From IMG/VR virus record IMGVR_UViG_3300021082_000009, positions 1 through 44,808 of that record: a stretch of 44,808 bases of DNA; one strand, written 5' to 3'. The position numbers and the translations under genes are program-made. Under the pieces are notes generated by a model. It ran no database searches and had not been told where the DNA came from. It saw nothing but the letters and a program-made list of their open reading frames with translations. Shown piece after piece: positions 44,635-44,808 of this stretch. How positions within the stretch are numbered: position 1 is the first letter of the stretch; each line of letters opens with the position of its first letter. The DNA is from a virus. Lineage: Duplodnaviria > Caudoviricetes.

Positions 44635-44808
44635 TTATTTGCTGTTGAGTTCTGTGAAGACTGCACTAGCAATGTCACGCCAAGGCGTAGCACTCTTGAA
44701 GTCTCCACGTGAGCCGTTTGTAGTGTTGTGGGTTTGAACATTACCAGAAGGCACACCGCGCATGTCACCCGGTGTTGACTGTCTACCACGACCATTGCCG
44801 CGTCGAGC
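44635..44808 (-). CDS. 3' end of the scaffolding protein gene
   Basis: In frame with 1..1009 across the junction; TAA at 44635-44637 overlaps the capsid RBS TAAGGTG. Confidence 0.8.
   Translation of the reverse strand, partial: ARRGNGRGRQSTPGDMRGVPSGNVQTHNTTNGSRGDFKSATPWRDIASAVFTELNSK
44682..44808. repeat. Terminal direct repeat, copy 2
   Basis: Identical to 1-127. Confidence 0.95.

Noticed and set aside
1-44808. Alternative genetic code or stop-codon readthrough
   Set aside because: Genes tile the genome densely under the standard code, and TAA, TAG and TGA are all used as stops.

Overview
The window is an apparently complete dsDNA tailed-phage genome of 44,681 bp; bases 1-127 recur at 44682-44808, most likely an assembly overlap. 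The architecture is podovirus-like: no tape measure or sheath, several large ejection proteins, and no integrase, RNA polymerase, tRNA or CRISPR array that I could recognise. Two gene blocks diverge from a ~940-bp non-coding region (7014-7954) and converge at ~23050. The plus block holds early and replication genes: a DUF932-like protein, a permuted GHKL ATPase, an HNH nuclease, a Cas4-like nuclease, a Sak4-like ATPase, an SSB-like protein, an Acb2/Tad1-like protein, a RecD/Dda helicase and a UDG-like domain fused to a family A polymerase. The minus block is morphogenesis: TerS/TerL, portal, a scaffold spanning the junction, capsid, adaptor, nozzle, branched fibres, a holin candidate, a GNAT and ejection proteins. 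Main leads: (1) a replisome with no recognisable primase, built on an atypical UDG-PolA, together with an ORF-less, promoter-fed, hairpin- and G-tract-rich candidate origin; (2) a four-way-junction leader before the first early gene; (3) nine copies of the palindrome TATAC-N3-GTATA; (4) a permuted GHKL/peptidase-like protein; (5) a candidate immune-signal sponge. All family calls come from motifs read by eye; no database was searched, and the host cannot be determined.
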